Positions 19,133-27,986 of a DNA stretch of 64,000 nt are shown piece after piece. Numbering within the stretch: position 1 is the first letter of the stretch; every line of letters starts with the position of its first letter. The translations under genes were made by a program, and so were the position numbers. The stretch spans positions 50,479 to 114,478 of IMG/VR virus record IMGVR_UViG_2716884858_000003. One strand, written 5' to 3'. The notes beneath the pieces were generated by a model that had not been told where the DNA came from, did no database searches, and saw nothing but the letters and a program-made list of their open reading frames with translations. The DNA comes from a virus (lineage: Duplodnaviria; Caudoviricetes).

Positions 19133-19225
19133 TGAAGCTTCCCCTTGATCGTGGACACCTGGAGACTGGGACGTGAGAGCCCAGAGGAAGCAGTGCCAGG
19201 TGTCCACGATCAAGGGGAAGCTTCA
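19133..19225. mobile_element. 93-bp MITE / internally deleted IS3-like element
   Basis: Perfect 30-bp terminal IR TGAAGCTTCCCCTTGATCGTGGACACCTGG with TG..CA ends. Confidence 0.7.
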
Positions 19226-19423
19226 CTCGGCGGCTACACCTACGCCGACGACAACCCCGTCACCAACAGCGACCCGAGCGGCCTGATGGGCTGCGCGTCT
19301 CCTGGCGAATGCGGCGGCGGAGCCCAGTACGGCAACAACACCCCAACCCTGAACAGCGGCGGCAAGGCGCTCAACGACGATTCCTGGGGCTGTAACGGCT
19401 GTGACGTTGTCAACAGCTCCAAC
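19226..19423 (+). pseudogene. Truncated orphan RHS module
   Basis: Near-identical colinear copy of 17852-18049 (LGGYTYADDNP..DPSGL..VVNSSN), ending abruptly. Confidence 0.9.
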
Positions 19424-19530
19424 CGGCCGCCGTCCTCGGCAGGTACCTCCACGAGGAGCAGCGGCGGCCCCTCCAGGGTCTCCAGGCGACCCGTCAGGAC
19501 GTCCCAGTCTATCTCGCCGTTAACGGACAT
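19424..19530 (-). pseudogene. 5' stub of a gene cut at the RHS/prophage junction
   Basis: MSVNGEIDWDVLTGRLE.. runs into the antisense strand of the orphan RHS. Confidence 0.4.
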
Positions 19531-19598
19531 ACCGTCACGATAAAAGCGCGGCAGGGGGCGTGTGTAGGGGATTTGTGAAATGCGCCGGGCGGGGGAGG

Positions 19599-19634
19599 GG
19601 CGCTGGCGGGCAGGGCGTGTACGCCTGCGCCGCC
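19599..19634. repeat. 36-bp palindromic direct repeat, copy 1
   Basis: GGCGCTGGCGGGCAGGGCGTGTACGCCTGCGCCGCC; 35/36 identical to 20743-20778. Confidence 0.9.
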
Positions 19635-19635
19635 G

Positions 19636-20124
19636 TCAGGCAACCGGGGGTGGCTGTGGCGGTTGGGCTTGCCCAGCAGCGTTGGTGGAGAGCCGTGATG
19701 CCCCTGCCACCGCCTTCATATCGTCCGGGTCGCTTCGGCCCAGGACGAAGACCTTGGCGAGAGCGAGCAAGCTCGGACCGCACAGGAGCGTGGACAACCA
19801 CCAGGACTCCGGAGCCACGTATATGCCGCCCCCGAGCATGGCCAATGCGATCACTGCTCCGACGGTCAACTCGATGGTGCGCCGACGGTCCGCCCGCTGC
19901 TGCTGACGCTCCACGTGTTGTCGCTGGTTCTCCTCGCGCTGGAAGTCAAGTTGCGCCATCCGCTGGCGGTGCTCGCGGCGGAGTTCAGGCTCCATGGCGC
20001 GCAGCGCTGCACCAAGCTGCTCGGCCCCAAGGTCCCGCCATTGCATGGCGATACGTGCGCCGGCCGACAGGACGGTGTCCTCGCCAGATGGCTGCTGGGC
20101 AGGCAACTGCCCCTCAGTGCTCAC
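19636..20124 (-). CDS. Membrane protein (coiled coil plus 2 TM, DUF2335-like), moron
   Basis: Charged helical segment followed by two hydrophobic helices. Confidence 0.65.
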   Translation of the reverse strand: MSTEGQLPAQQPSGEDTVLSAGARIAMQWRDLGAEQLGAALRAMEPELRREHRQRMAQLDFQREENQRQHVERQQQRADRRRTIELTVGAVIALAMLGGGIYVAPESWWLSTLLCGPSLLALAKVFVLGRSDPDDMKAVAGASRLSTNAAGQAQPPQPPPVA

Positions 20125-20657
20125 AGCGCTGATCCCCCGCCGCTGCTCGACACGGGAGCGAAGTCTCCGTTTGCGCTCTGGGGCGGAGGGCCGAGCCGCA
20201 GGAACAACCGCGCCAGCGTGTGGTTGATCGTGTCAGCCGTTCGCTCGGCGACGAGCCGTTCGTCTTCCGTGGACAGGTGACCGGCCTCGTCCGCCAGGAG
20301 TTCGGCGTCATCATCGCCCTCGAATTGTCGGGCCTCTTCCACGGCGGCATCTCGAATATCCCCGTAGGGCGGCAGGGGCCCATAAGTAGTCATTGGGCCG
20401 TCGCGAGTGATGACGATGGACCCATTTCCCTGAAACACGGTTGCGCTACCGGAGGCCCTGGCGTGCTGGGTGACTGTGTGATCTTTGCCGCGGGTTCCGG
20501 CCGCGGCGTGCGCAATCAGCGTCACCAGGCGGTCTATGGCCGTCATCAGGCCGTCTACGGCCCGGAGGGGAAGCGTCACCAGGCGGTCCATGACCGTCAC
20601 CGAGCGGTCTATGGCTCGGAGGAGAAACGACACCAGGCGTTCTGAAGTCCCCAACAC
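20121..20657 (-). CDS. Hypothetical protein with short internal DRLVT repeats
   Basis: Stop overlaps start of next gene (GTGA); start uncertain, GTG 20657 has a G-rich SD. Confidence 0.5.
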   Translation of the reverse strand: MLGTSERLVSFLLRAIDRSVTVMDRLVTLPLRAVDGLMTAIDRLVTLIAHAAAGTRGKDHTVTQHARASGSATVFQGNGSIVITRDGPMTTYGPLPPYGDIRDAAVEEARQFEGDDDAELLADEAGHLSTEDERLVAERTADTINHTLARLFLRLGPPPQSANGDFAPVSSSGGGSAL

Positions 20658-20742
20658 GGCGTCCCCCCGAGGGCCGAGACACACGGCACGCGGCCACCAT
20701 ATCCGCGAAGTGGCCAAGGGTGGCAGTACTTCACAAGAGAGA

Positions 20743-20778
20743 GGCGCCGGCGGGCAGGGCGTGTACGCCTGCGCCGCC
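20743..20778. repeat. 36-bp palindromic direct repeat, copy 2
   Basis: See 19599-19634. Confidence 0.9.
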
Positions 20779-20968
20779 CGGGCACTGCATCGGCACTTCC
20801 GCCGGCGCCCGCCTGTCCCCGCTCGGAACCCGGCCCACGCTATCAGTCGCTCGTGATCGAACTCCGGGCGCTGACCTGCACGTTCACGCCCACAGGGGCA
20901 GTCCGGCGGGTGGCCTATCATGCTCCGCCGACCGAAACCGGAAGCATACGTTCCGCCTGGGGGCGACC

Positions 20969-21310
20969 TTGATCCCACTGACCCACCTCGCCCTGCTCGG
21001 GCTGGCCGGCTACCGCGGCACCCAGCTTGCCGTCCACGACACCATCCTCGAACCCGTCCGCGACCGGGTGTTCACGTGGCACGAGCGCCGCCAGGACTCC
21101 GCCATCCGCACCGCCGTGGTGACGCTCATCTCCTGCGTGTACTGCATGGGCTGGTGGATCTCCGGGGCGCTCCTCGCCACGTACCTGCTCGCCCTCGGCA
21201 GCTTCGACGGCACCCCGCTCCTCGTCCACGGCCTGGAGTGGCTGGCAGTCGCCGGCCTGGCCGTCCTGCTCAACCGCCTGGACGACACGCTGGGACGGAT
21301 CCACGGATGA
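20969..21310 (+). CDS. DUF1360-like membrane protein with CVYC motif
   Basis: YRGTQLAVHDTILEPVRD..LISCVYCMGWW; TTG start with GGGGG SD; ATGA overlap with portal. Confidence 0.75.
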   Translation: MIPLTHLALLGLAGYRGTQLAVHDTILEPVRDRVFTWHERRQDSAIRTAVVTLISCVYCMGWWISGALLATYLLALGSFDGTPLLVHGLEWLAVAGLAVLLNRLDDTLGRIHG

Positions 21311-23097
21311 CCGCACCCACCCGGCCGCGCCGCGGGGAGCTGACCGCCTCCGCCGCCCGCTACACCGCACGCCGCCTGCGCAGCAAGCCCGTTGACGGCT
21401 CCTGGCAAGAGCGCGCCTGGCTGTTCTACGACGAGACCCCAGAGGTGCGGTTCGCCGCCCGCTGGTACTCCAACGCCATGAGCCGCGCCAAGCTGTTCGC
21501 CGGCCGCCGGGACGAGGAGGGCAACGTCGTCCCCCTCCCGCCCGACCACCGGGCGACGGAGCTGGTGGCCGAGATCGCCGGCGGCCTCAACGGCCAGTCA
21601 CAGCTCCTCGGTTCCTTCGGCCCCCACCTCGTCGTGCCCGGTGAGGCGTGGATCGTCGTCCGGCCGAAGGAGGACGCCCGCGGCAACGCCGTGGCCGCGG
21701 ACTGGCGGGTGCTGTCCACCCAGGAGGTCAAGCCGCAGGGCAACAAGCTGCTGGCCGAGATCGACGGGGAGGACGTGGCCATCCCCGGCGCGGAGGACGA
21801 CAGCGCCCCCCTGGACAGCGACGAGCCGGTGGCCATCCGCGTGTGGGAGCCCCACCCCCGCCGCCACCTGGAGGCGGACAGCGCCGTACGGTCCAGCCTC
21901 GGCCTGCTGGAGGAGCTGAAGCTCCTCAACGCCGCCGTGGCCGCCATCGCCCGCTCCCGGCTGACCGGCCGGGGCATCGTGCTCGTGCCCCAGGGCACCA
22001 AGTTCCCCACCACGCCCAACCAGGGGGACGAGGAAGACGACCTGATCGAGGTCCTGATGACGGTCGCCGAGACCGCCTACAAGGAACCCGACAGCGCCGC
22101 GGCCACCGTCCCGATCATCCTGGAGGTGCCGGCCGACCAGATCCCCAACATCAAGCGCCTGACGTTCGAGTCCGACTTCGACACGCTCGCCATCCAGTTG
22201 CGCGAGGAGGCCATCACCCGCTTCGCCAACGGCCTGGAGGTGCCAGCGGAGATCCTGCTGGGCCAGGGCGACATCAACCACTGGGGCCAGTGGGCCCTCA
22301 AGGACGAGGCAATCACCCTGGGCGTGGAGCCCAAGCTGGCCACCGTCGCGGACGCCCTGACGGCCCAGTACCTCCAGCCGATTCTGGAGGCCGAGAACGT
22401 CGAGGACGCCCTGGAGTGCCTGGTCTGGTACGACACCAGCCCCCTGCGGGTGCGCACCAACCGCGCCGAGACCGCGCTGAAGGTCCACGAGGCGGGCGCC
22501 ATCTCGGACGCCGCGCTGCGCCGGGAGACCGGGTTCACCGACGCGGACGCCCCCACCGAGGAGGAGCGCGCCCGCCGCAAGCAGCAGCCGGCCGACAACG
22601 GCCAGGACCCGAACCTGCCGGTGGACGAGAGCAACGCCGAACCCGAGCAGCCCGCCAGCGACCCGGCCGAGGAGGGCCCGGACGTGGGCCTGGCCGCCGC
22701 CGTAGTGGTGGAGCCGGTGGACGTGGCCGCGCTGCGCTACCTGGTGGTGCTGGCCGCCATCGACGGCGTGATCCACAACGCCATGTGCATGGTCGGCGAG
22801 AAGATCCGCGTCAAGCCGGCCTGCCCGCGCAGCGAGCGCGGCCGGTCCCGGGAGATCCCGCCAGGGGAGCTGCACACCCACTTCCCCGTCTCGGACGAGC
22901 AGGTCGACCAGTGGCACCTGCTCATCAGCGCTTGGGACCGCGTCCCGGAGATGGCCCAGCGGTACGGGTTCGAGGCGGAATGCCTCATCGACACTCTGGA
23001 CAACTACGCCCGCGCCCTGATTGCCGCCCGCATGAAGCACACCTATGAGGAGACCGTGCGCCTGCTGCGGTCCTCCTGCCTGGGGCTGGCGGCGTGA
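21307..23097 (+). CDS. Portal protein (596 aa)
   Basis: LTASA..WQERAW..RIWEPHP-like..RSRL..NHW motifs of cluster-B-like portals; position. Confidence 0.8.
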   Translation: MTAPTRPRRGELTASAARYTARRLRSKPVDGSWQERAWLFYDETPEVRFAARWYSNAMSRAKLFAGRRDEEGNVVPLPPDHRATELVAEIAGGLNGQSQLLGSFGPHLVVPGEAWIVVRPKEDARGNAVAADWRVLSTQEVKPQGNKLLAEIDGEDVAIPGAEDDSAPLDSDEPVAIRVWEPHPRRHLEADSAVRSSLGLLEELKLLNAAVAAIARSRLTGRGIVLVPQGTKFPTTPNQGDEEDDLIEVLMTVAETAYKEPDSAAATVPIILEVPADQIPNIKRLTFESDFDTLAIQLREEAITRFANGLEVPAEILLGQGDINHWGQWALKDEAITLGVEPKLATVADALTAQYLQPILEAENVEDALECLVWYDTSPLRVRTNRAETALKVHEAGAISDAALRRETGFTDADAPTEEERARRKQQPADNGQDPNLPVDESNAEPEQPASDPAEEGPDVGLAAAVVVEPVDVAALRYLVVLAAIDGVIHNAMCMVGEKIRVKPACPRSERGRSREIPPGELHTHFPVSDEQVDQWHLLISAWDRVPEMAQRYGFEAECLIDTLDNYARALIAARMKHTYEETVRLLRSSCLGLAA

Positions 23098-23306
23098 CCA
23101 CCCCGCCACGCCCGCCGACCGAGCCGCGCCCGGCCGAGGTCAGCGCCTCGGCGGCCAACGTCACCGCCGAATGGTGCAGCAGCTGCAAGGCGTACACGCT
23201 CCTGGCCGGGGAGATCGTCCTGCTCACCCAGGACGGCGTGGCCACGGTCGGCTACTGGGCGTGGTGCGAGACCTGCGACCCCCCGGAGGTATCCCGTGTC
23301 GGCTGA
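23094..23306 (+). CDS. Small zinc-ribbon protein (CSSC..CETC)
   Basis: GTGA-coupled to portal; two CxxC. Confidence 0.7.
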   Translation: MTTPPRPPTEPRPAEVSASAANVTAEWCSSCKAYTLLAGEIVLLTQDGVATVGYWAWCETCDPPEVSRVG

Positions 23307-23523
23307 CCACTGCCCGGACCACGTGGAGCGCCTGGACCTGTGCCCCCAGTGCCAGGGCCTGACCGTCACCGGCATGACCCGCCTGACCGGCGTCACCGAC
23401 GTCCGCATCGACGGTCCGGCCGGGCCCCTCAAGCTCAACGGCCCCGTGGTCATGTACCTGGGCCCCGTGGAGCCGTGCCCGAACAGGGCGGCCCTCGAGG
23501 AAGGAGCTGCCCGCGATGTGTAA
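23296..23523 (+). CDS. Small Cys-containing protein (CPQC)
   Basis: SD GGAGG, overlaps previous gene. Confidence 0.6.
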   Translation: MSADHCPDHVERLDLCPQCQGLTVTGMTRLTGVTDVRIDGPAGPLKLNGPVVMYLGPVEPCPNRAALEEGAARDV

Positions 23524-23898
23524 CCGCCCGAGCCCGCCGCCGAGCACGCCCCGGAGCTGTGGGGGCACTCCGCCTCCGCCCACCGCGTACACGGCTGGTG
23601 CGCGGACTGCCCAGGCCACGACCTGGCAGAGGAGACGGTGGCCTGGCGTGTACGGGAGAACCGCCGCCACGACGCCGAGCAGGCCGCGTTGGCCGCCTCC
23701 GCCGCCAACCGCAACACCGTGGACCTGGCCGCCACCCATGACCACCTGTGCCCCGTGTGCGGCCACGAGGCCCTGACCGTCGTCCGCGTCGCCCTGGTCG
23801 TCGACAGCGGCGAGCAGCGCCCGGCCGGCGGGTGGGCCCACTGCACCGCCTGCGACGCAACACCCCACCCCACGCTGGAGGAGCCCGACCGTGGCTGA
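23516..23898 (+). pseudogene. Small two-module zinc-binding protein, apparent frameshift near 5' end
   Basis: SD AAGGAG plus ATG 23516 out of frame with 23524-23898, which encodes HRVHGWCADC and CPVC..CTAC. Confidence 0.55.
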
Positions 23899-24121
23899 CA
23901 TCACCGAGACCACCCCCAATGGGCGGCCTCCGGAGCGCACCGCGCCGCCCGGACACAGCCTGATCGCCCACCAGGTGCACGGGTGGTGCAGCAAGTGCCC
24001 GGACGTGGAGCTGTGGGAGGAGCTGCTGGCCTGGCGCCAGCGCGAGCGCGCCCGTGTGGACGACGCGCCGTTCACGGACCGCGCCCCGGAGCCGTCCCCG
24101 AAGGTGGCCCGCCATGGATGA
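23891..24121 (+). CDS. Small HGWCxxC protein
   Basis: GHSLIAHQVHGWCSKC, paralogous to upstream module; SD GGAGGAG. Confidence 0.7.
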   Translation: MADITETTPNGRPPERTAPPGHSLIAHQVHGWCSKCPDVELWEELLAWRQRERARVDDAPFTDRAPEPSPKVARHG

Positions 24122-27100
24122 GCTGGAGGAGGCCCTGGCCGCGGCCGAGGAGGACGTTGCGGCCGAAGCGCGGGCTGTACTGGAGGAGGTGGCGGAGGAG
24201 TTCGCCGCCGCCCTCGATGGCGCCACGGAGCTGGTGGCGGCCCGGTTCTCCGTCTCCCGTATCGGGGCGATGTTCCGCCAGCGGGTGCCGCGCCTCGTGC
24301 GCCGGTTGCTGGGCGTCACCGAGCAGGCCGCCGAGTCTGCGGCCGGCCAGGTGGACGCGGAGCTGCCGGACGGGTGGGACGACCTGCCCGGCCGCCAGGA
24401 CCGCGGCGAGGAACTCCCCGACGGCATCGGCCAGTACGTCGACAGCACGGAGCACCTGCTGCGCGCCGTGGGCGACCGCCTCGCCGAGGTGGCCGTGCGC
24501 GAGCTCGCCGCCGGTGTAGACGCGGGGGAGGACCTGGAGGCCCTGCGGGCCCGCCTGCTGGCCGTGTTCGCCCGCGAGGGGGCGCAGCTCGGGGAGGGCC
24601 GGGAGGCGCTGATCTCGACCACCGAGGCGGCCCGCGCCTGGAACACCGCCACCCTGGCCGCCGCCCAGGCCCTCACCGGCCCGGACCGGCCGATCGTCAA
24701 GCAGTGGCAGACCCGCCGCGACACCAAGGTGCGAGACGCCCACCACGACGTGGACGGGTTCGTGCGCATCCTCGACGACGCGTTCGAGGTGGCCGGCGTC
24801 GACATGCAGCACCCCGGAGACCCGAGCGCACCCCCGGCCCTGGTGTGCAACTGCCGGTGCATCCTGCGCCTCCAACACGCCCCGGACCGCAGCGCCTCCG
24901 CCCTTGCAATCCCAGCCGCCGGACCGAGTGACGCTTTCGAAACCACGGCCGCCGCGACCGAGCACACCGGCGCCATGATCGCCCTCGTACCCTCCGCCGC
25001 CGACGTGGAGCGCCTGGCCCTCGACAACGGAGAGCCCGCGGAGGAGCTGCACTGCACCCTGTGGTTCCTCGGCACCGCCGCCGACTGGACCGAGGACCAG
25101 CGCAACGAGCTGATCGCAGGCGTCCGCGCCCGGGCCACCAGCCTGGCCGGGCCCGTGCGGGCGGTGTCGTTCGGAGTCAACCACTGGAACCCGTCCAGCC
25201 CAGACCCCGCCTGGGTGTGGGCCATCGGCGACGACGCCGACGCAGGCGACGAGGACCCGACCCTGCACGAGGCGCGCGCCGTCGCCCAGGACGCCCTGGA
25301 GGACGGCCACAACAACCCGGACCTGCCCCGCCAGCACACCCCTTGGGTCGCCCACACAACCGCTGCCTACACCACGGAGACATGGCCCTTGGAGGCCATG
25401 GCCGACCGCCTGGGCCCGCTCACCTTCGACCGTATCCGCGTCGCGTTCGCCGGCGAGGTCACGGACATCCCACTCGGCCCCGAGGAGGAGCCCCCCATGG
25501 ACAACCCGACCGCCGCGGCCCTGACGGCCGCGCTGCCGGTCCGCACCTGGTCCACCCCGGACGGCGCGGCCCTGGCATTCGAGAACACCGAGACCGGCGA
25601 CGGCCGGATCTTCGCGCCCAAGGCCCTGTACTGGGACGGCTCCGGGCCCTGGCCCCTCCAGTACGCGGAGGAGATGGGCATGGGCCACGAGGGCGCCGAA
25701 CTCGCCGGCGCCATCGGCAAGTACGGCCGGGACGGCGACCGCATCACCGGCAACGGCGTGCTCTACCTCTCCCAGCGCGCCGGATACGACGCCGTGACCC
25801 TGCTGGAGCAGGAGGCCCCCCTGGGCGTGTCCGTCGACCTGGACTCCGTCGACGTGGAGTTCGTGGACAAGACGCTCACCGAGGACGAGGACGGCATGCT
25901 GGTGCTCGCCGCGTCCATCCCATACGCCAGCGTGATGCGCCTGCCTGACGGGGCGTGGGTCATCAACGCCGCCACCAGCGTGGAGGCCACCGCCGCCGGA
26001 ACGTCCTTCACTCGCCGCCAGTCCCTGGCCCAGCTCATCACCGGCCCCGGCGGCCGGATCTCCGCCGCCGCCCTGGCAGTGTTCGACGGGGCCCGCCTGC
26101 CCAAGCTGACGGCCGCCGCCGGCGACCCGGACGACGCGGACGGCGTTGTCCTGCACTCCGAGCAGGCCGGGGACTTCCTGGTCCGCATCACCAAGGCCCG
26201 CGTCCGCGGAGCCACCCTCGTGAGCATGCCCGCCTACGACCAGGCGCGCATCGTGCTGGACCCGCCCGAGGTGGACGGGGAGGCCGCCGCCGCGGTGACG
26301 GCCGCCCTCACCGCCGCCTCCGCCCCGGGGGAGACCCGCCAGCGCGTCATCAAGTACGTACGCGCCTGCCCCGGACCCGTCGGCGCGGGCGAGATCGCCA
26401 AGTCCCTGGGCCTCACCGTGGAGACCGCCCGCAAGCACCTGCGCGCCGCGTCCAAGGACGGCCAATTGGTGCGCCTGGCCGCCGGCCTGTACGTCGGCGC
26501 CTCCACCATCCCGGAGGGCCCGCAGGTCGCCGCCAGCGCGGCCGTGACGGACGGGGAGGACGCGGCCCTGACGGAGCTGGTGGCGTCCGCCTGGACGGCC
26601 ATGCGCGACCTGCCCCCGATGCCCGCTGCCTGGTTCGCGGAGCCCACCGCTGAGGAACTGCCGCCAGGGAGCGGCGGGGTGCACTACGCGGACGGCCGGA
26701 TCTACGGGTGGGTGGCCCAGGCCGGGGAGCCGCACGCCGGGTTCTCCAACCGGAAGCTGACCATCGACAGCCTCGGCGAGATCGACACCACGCACTTCCT
26801 GCGCGCCCGGTTCCGTCTCGACAACGGGGAGACCGTCAAGGCCGGCGCCTTCACCATGAACGCCCCCCACGACCGTGACGGGGCGGAGTGCAACGACGTG
26901 GCGTGCCAGTTCGATGACTCCCGCACCGTCGCCGGCATCGTCACCGTGGGCATGAACGAGCGCGGCATGTGGTTCTCCGGTGCTGCCGCGCCCTGGCTGT
27001 CCGACTGGGACCGCACCGTGTTCATGGGGTGCCAGCCCAGCTATCACATGAAGAAGGGCACAGACGGCCGCTGGCAGCTGCGCGCCGTGCTCTCCGTGCC

Positions 27101-27464
27101 GGTGCCGGGCCACTCCTCGCCGCTGCTCGCCTCCGTCGTGGAGCGTGGCAACCTCGCCCTGGCCGCCAGCGCCGCCGCCGTCCTGGATAACCCGGCGGAC
27201 ACGTCCGGACACGGCGCGGCCCTGTCCGGGCACGCTATCCGGCGCGCTCTGGCGGACGGCCTTGACCTGCCCGGACAGCGCCCGGACACCGTGCCCGGAC
27301 ACGTCCCGGACAACCCGGCTGCCCTGCTCGACGACCCGGCGTTCCTTGACGGCCTGTCCGCCGCCCTGGCCCGCCGGGAGAACGAACGACGCCAGGAGGT
27401 GGAGGCCATGGCCGCCGCCGTCCTCGCGCCCACCACCGACACCAACCCGAAGGGGGACCAGTAG
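24114..27464 (+). CDS. MuF-like minor head / 2H phosphoesterase / capsid maturation protease fusion with wHTH insert
   Basis: WQTRRDTKVRDAH..CNCRC; HCTL and HTTA 2H motifs; TGDGR..HEGA..GVSVD; AGEIAKSLGLTVETARKHL. Confidence 0.8.
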   Translation: MDELEEALAAAEEDVAAEARAVLEEVAEEFAAALDGATELVAARFSVSRIGAMFRQRVPRLVRRLLGVTEQAAESAAGQVDAELPDGWDDLPGRQDRGEELPDGIGQYVDSTEHLLRAVGDRLAEVAVRELAAGVDAGEDLEALRARLLAVFAREGAQLGEGREALISTTEAARAWNTATLAAAQALTGPDRPIVKQWQTRRDTKVRDAHHDVDGFVRILDDAFEVAGVDMQHPGDPSAPPALVCNCRCILRLQHAPDRSASALAIPAAGPSDAFETTAAATEHTGAMIALVPSAADVERLALDNGEPAEELHCTLWFLGTAADWTEDQRNELIAGVRARATSLAGPVRAVSFGVNHWNPSSPDPAWVWAIGDDADAGDEDPTLHEARAVAQDALEDGHNNPDLPRQHTPWVAHTTAAYTTETWPLEAMADRLGPLTFDRIRVAFAGEVTDIPLGPEEEPPMDNPTAAALTAALPVRTWSTPDGAALAFENTETGDGRIFAPKALYWDGSGPWPLQYAEEMGMGHEGAELAGAIGKYGRDGDRITGNGVLYLSQRAGYDAVTLLEQEAPLGVSVDLDSVDVEFVDKTLTEDEDGMLVLAASIPYASVMRLPDGAWVINAATSVEATAAGTSFTRRQSLAQLITGPGGRISAAALAVFDGARLPKLTAAAGDPDDADGVVLHSEQAGDFLVRITKARVRGATLVSMPAYDQARIVLDPPEVDGEAAAAVTAALTAASAPGETRQRVIKYVRACPGPVGAGEIAKSLGLTVETARKHLRAASKDGQLVRLAAGLYVGASTIPEGPQVAASAAVTDGEDAALTELVASAWTAMRDLPPMPAAWFAEPTAEELPPGSGGVHYADGRIYGWVAQAGEPHAGFSNRKLTIDSLGEIDTTHFLRARFRLDNGETVKAGAFTMNAPHDRDGAECNDVACQFDDSRTVAGIVTVGMNERGMWFSGAAAPWLSDWDRTVFMGCQPSYHMKKGTDGRWQLRAVLSVPVPGHSSPLLASVVERGNLALAASAAAVLDNPADTSGHGAALSGHAIRRALADGLDLPGQRPDTVPGHVPDNPAALLDDPAFLDGLSAALARRENERRQEVEAMAAAVLAPTTDTNPKGDQ
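27196..27313 (+). repeat. Phased CCGGACAC-like array inside coding sequence
   Basis: About 7 copies, last four at 11-13-bp spacing, TGACCTGC at 27263. Confidence 0.7.
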
Positions 27465-27466
27465 CC

Positions 27467-27835
27467 ATGGGATGCGCCTGCAACCAGCGCGGCCGTACAC
27501 AGTTCGAGGTGGCCATGGAGGCCGGCCGTGGCCGCGTCGCCTTCACCAGCGGCAGCAAGCCGACCGCCACCACCGTGGCCCAGCGCTACGCCGGCAGCGC
27601 CGTCCGCATCAAGGGCAGCGACGAACTGGTCCACCACACCGAGAAGTACGAGGTGGCCAAGGACGGCGGCACCGGCCCGGTGGTGTTCGCCCACTCCCTC
27701 AAGGCCCAGGCCGTCGCCCACGCCAAGACCCTGGACGGCGCCGTCGTCCGGGAACGGGAGACCGGCAACTTGGTGCACCCCGCACCCGAAACGCCCGCCG
27801 CGGACCTGACCAAGACCGAGCAGGCGCCCGCGTAG
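27467..27835 (+). CDS. Small phage protein, MGCAC N-terminus, two internal repeats
   Basis: FEVA..G.GRVAF and YEVA..G.GPVVF duplication; SD AAGGGGG. Confidence 0.75.
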   Translation: MGCACNQRGRTQFEVAMEAGRGRVAFTSGSKPTATTVAQRYAGSAVRIKGSDELVHHTEKYEVAKDGGTGPVVFAHSLKAQAVAHAKTLDGAVVRERETGNLVHPAPETPAADLTKTEQAPA

Positions 27836-27845
27836 CGCCCTGCCA

Positions 27846-27880
27846 CACGCCCCGGGCGACCACCCTCCGCCCGGGGCGTG
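27846..27880 (+). terminator. Hairpin terminator
   Basis: 13-bp stem CACGCCCCGGGCG/CGCCCGGGGCGTG. Confidence 0.65.
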
Positions 27881-27986
27881 CTGCAAACCTCAGAACCTGC
27901 TCAGAACGTGCACTGGGGACAGCGCGACGGGGGATCCTTCACGCAGCGCGCCTCAATTGGGCGCCAGGCCGGACGGGGGGACCAAC

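Noticed and set aside
20916-20968. Tenth copy of the late hairpin before DUF1360 (TATCAT..GCCGACCGAAACCGG)
   Set aside because: Only GCCGAC is shared; the CTGGTT/GGCCGG stem is absent. It resembles the first HNH leader (GCCGACCCAAACCGA) but is too short to support
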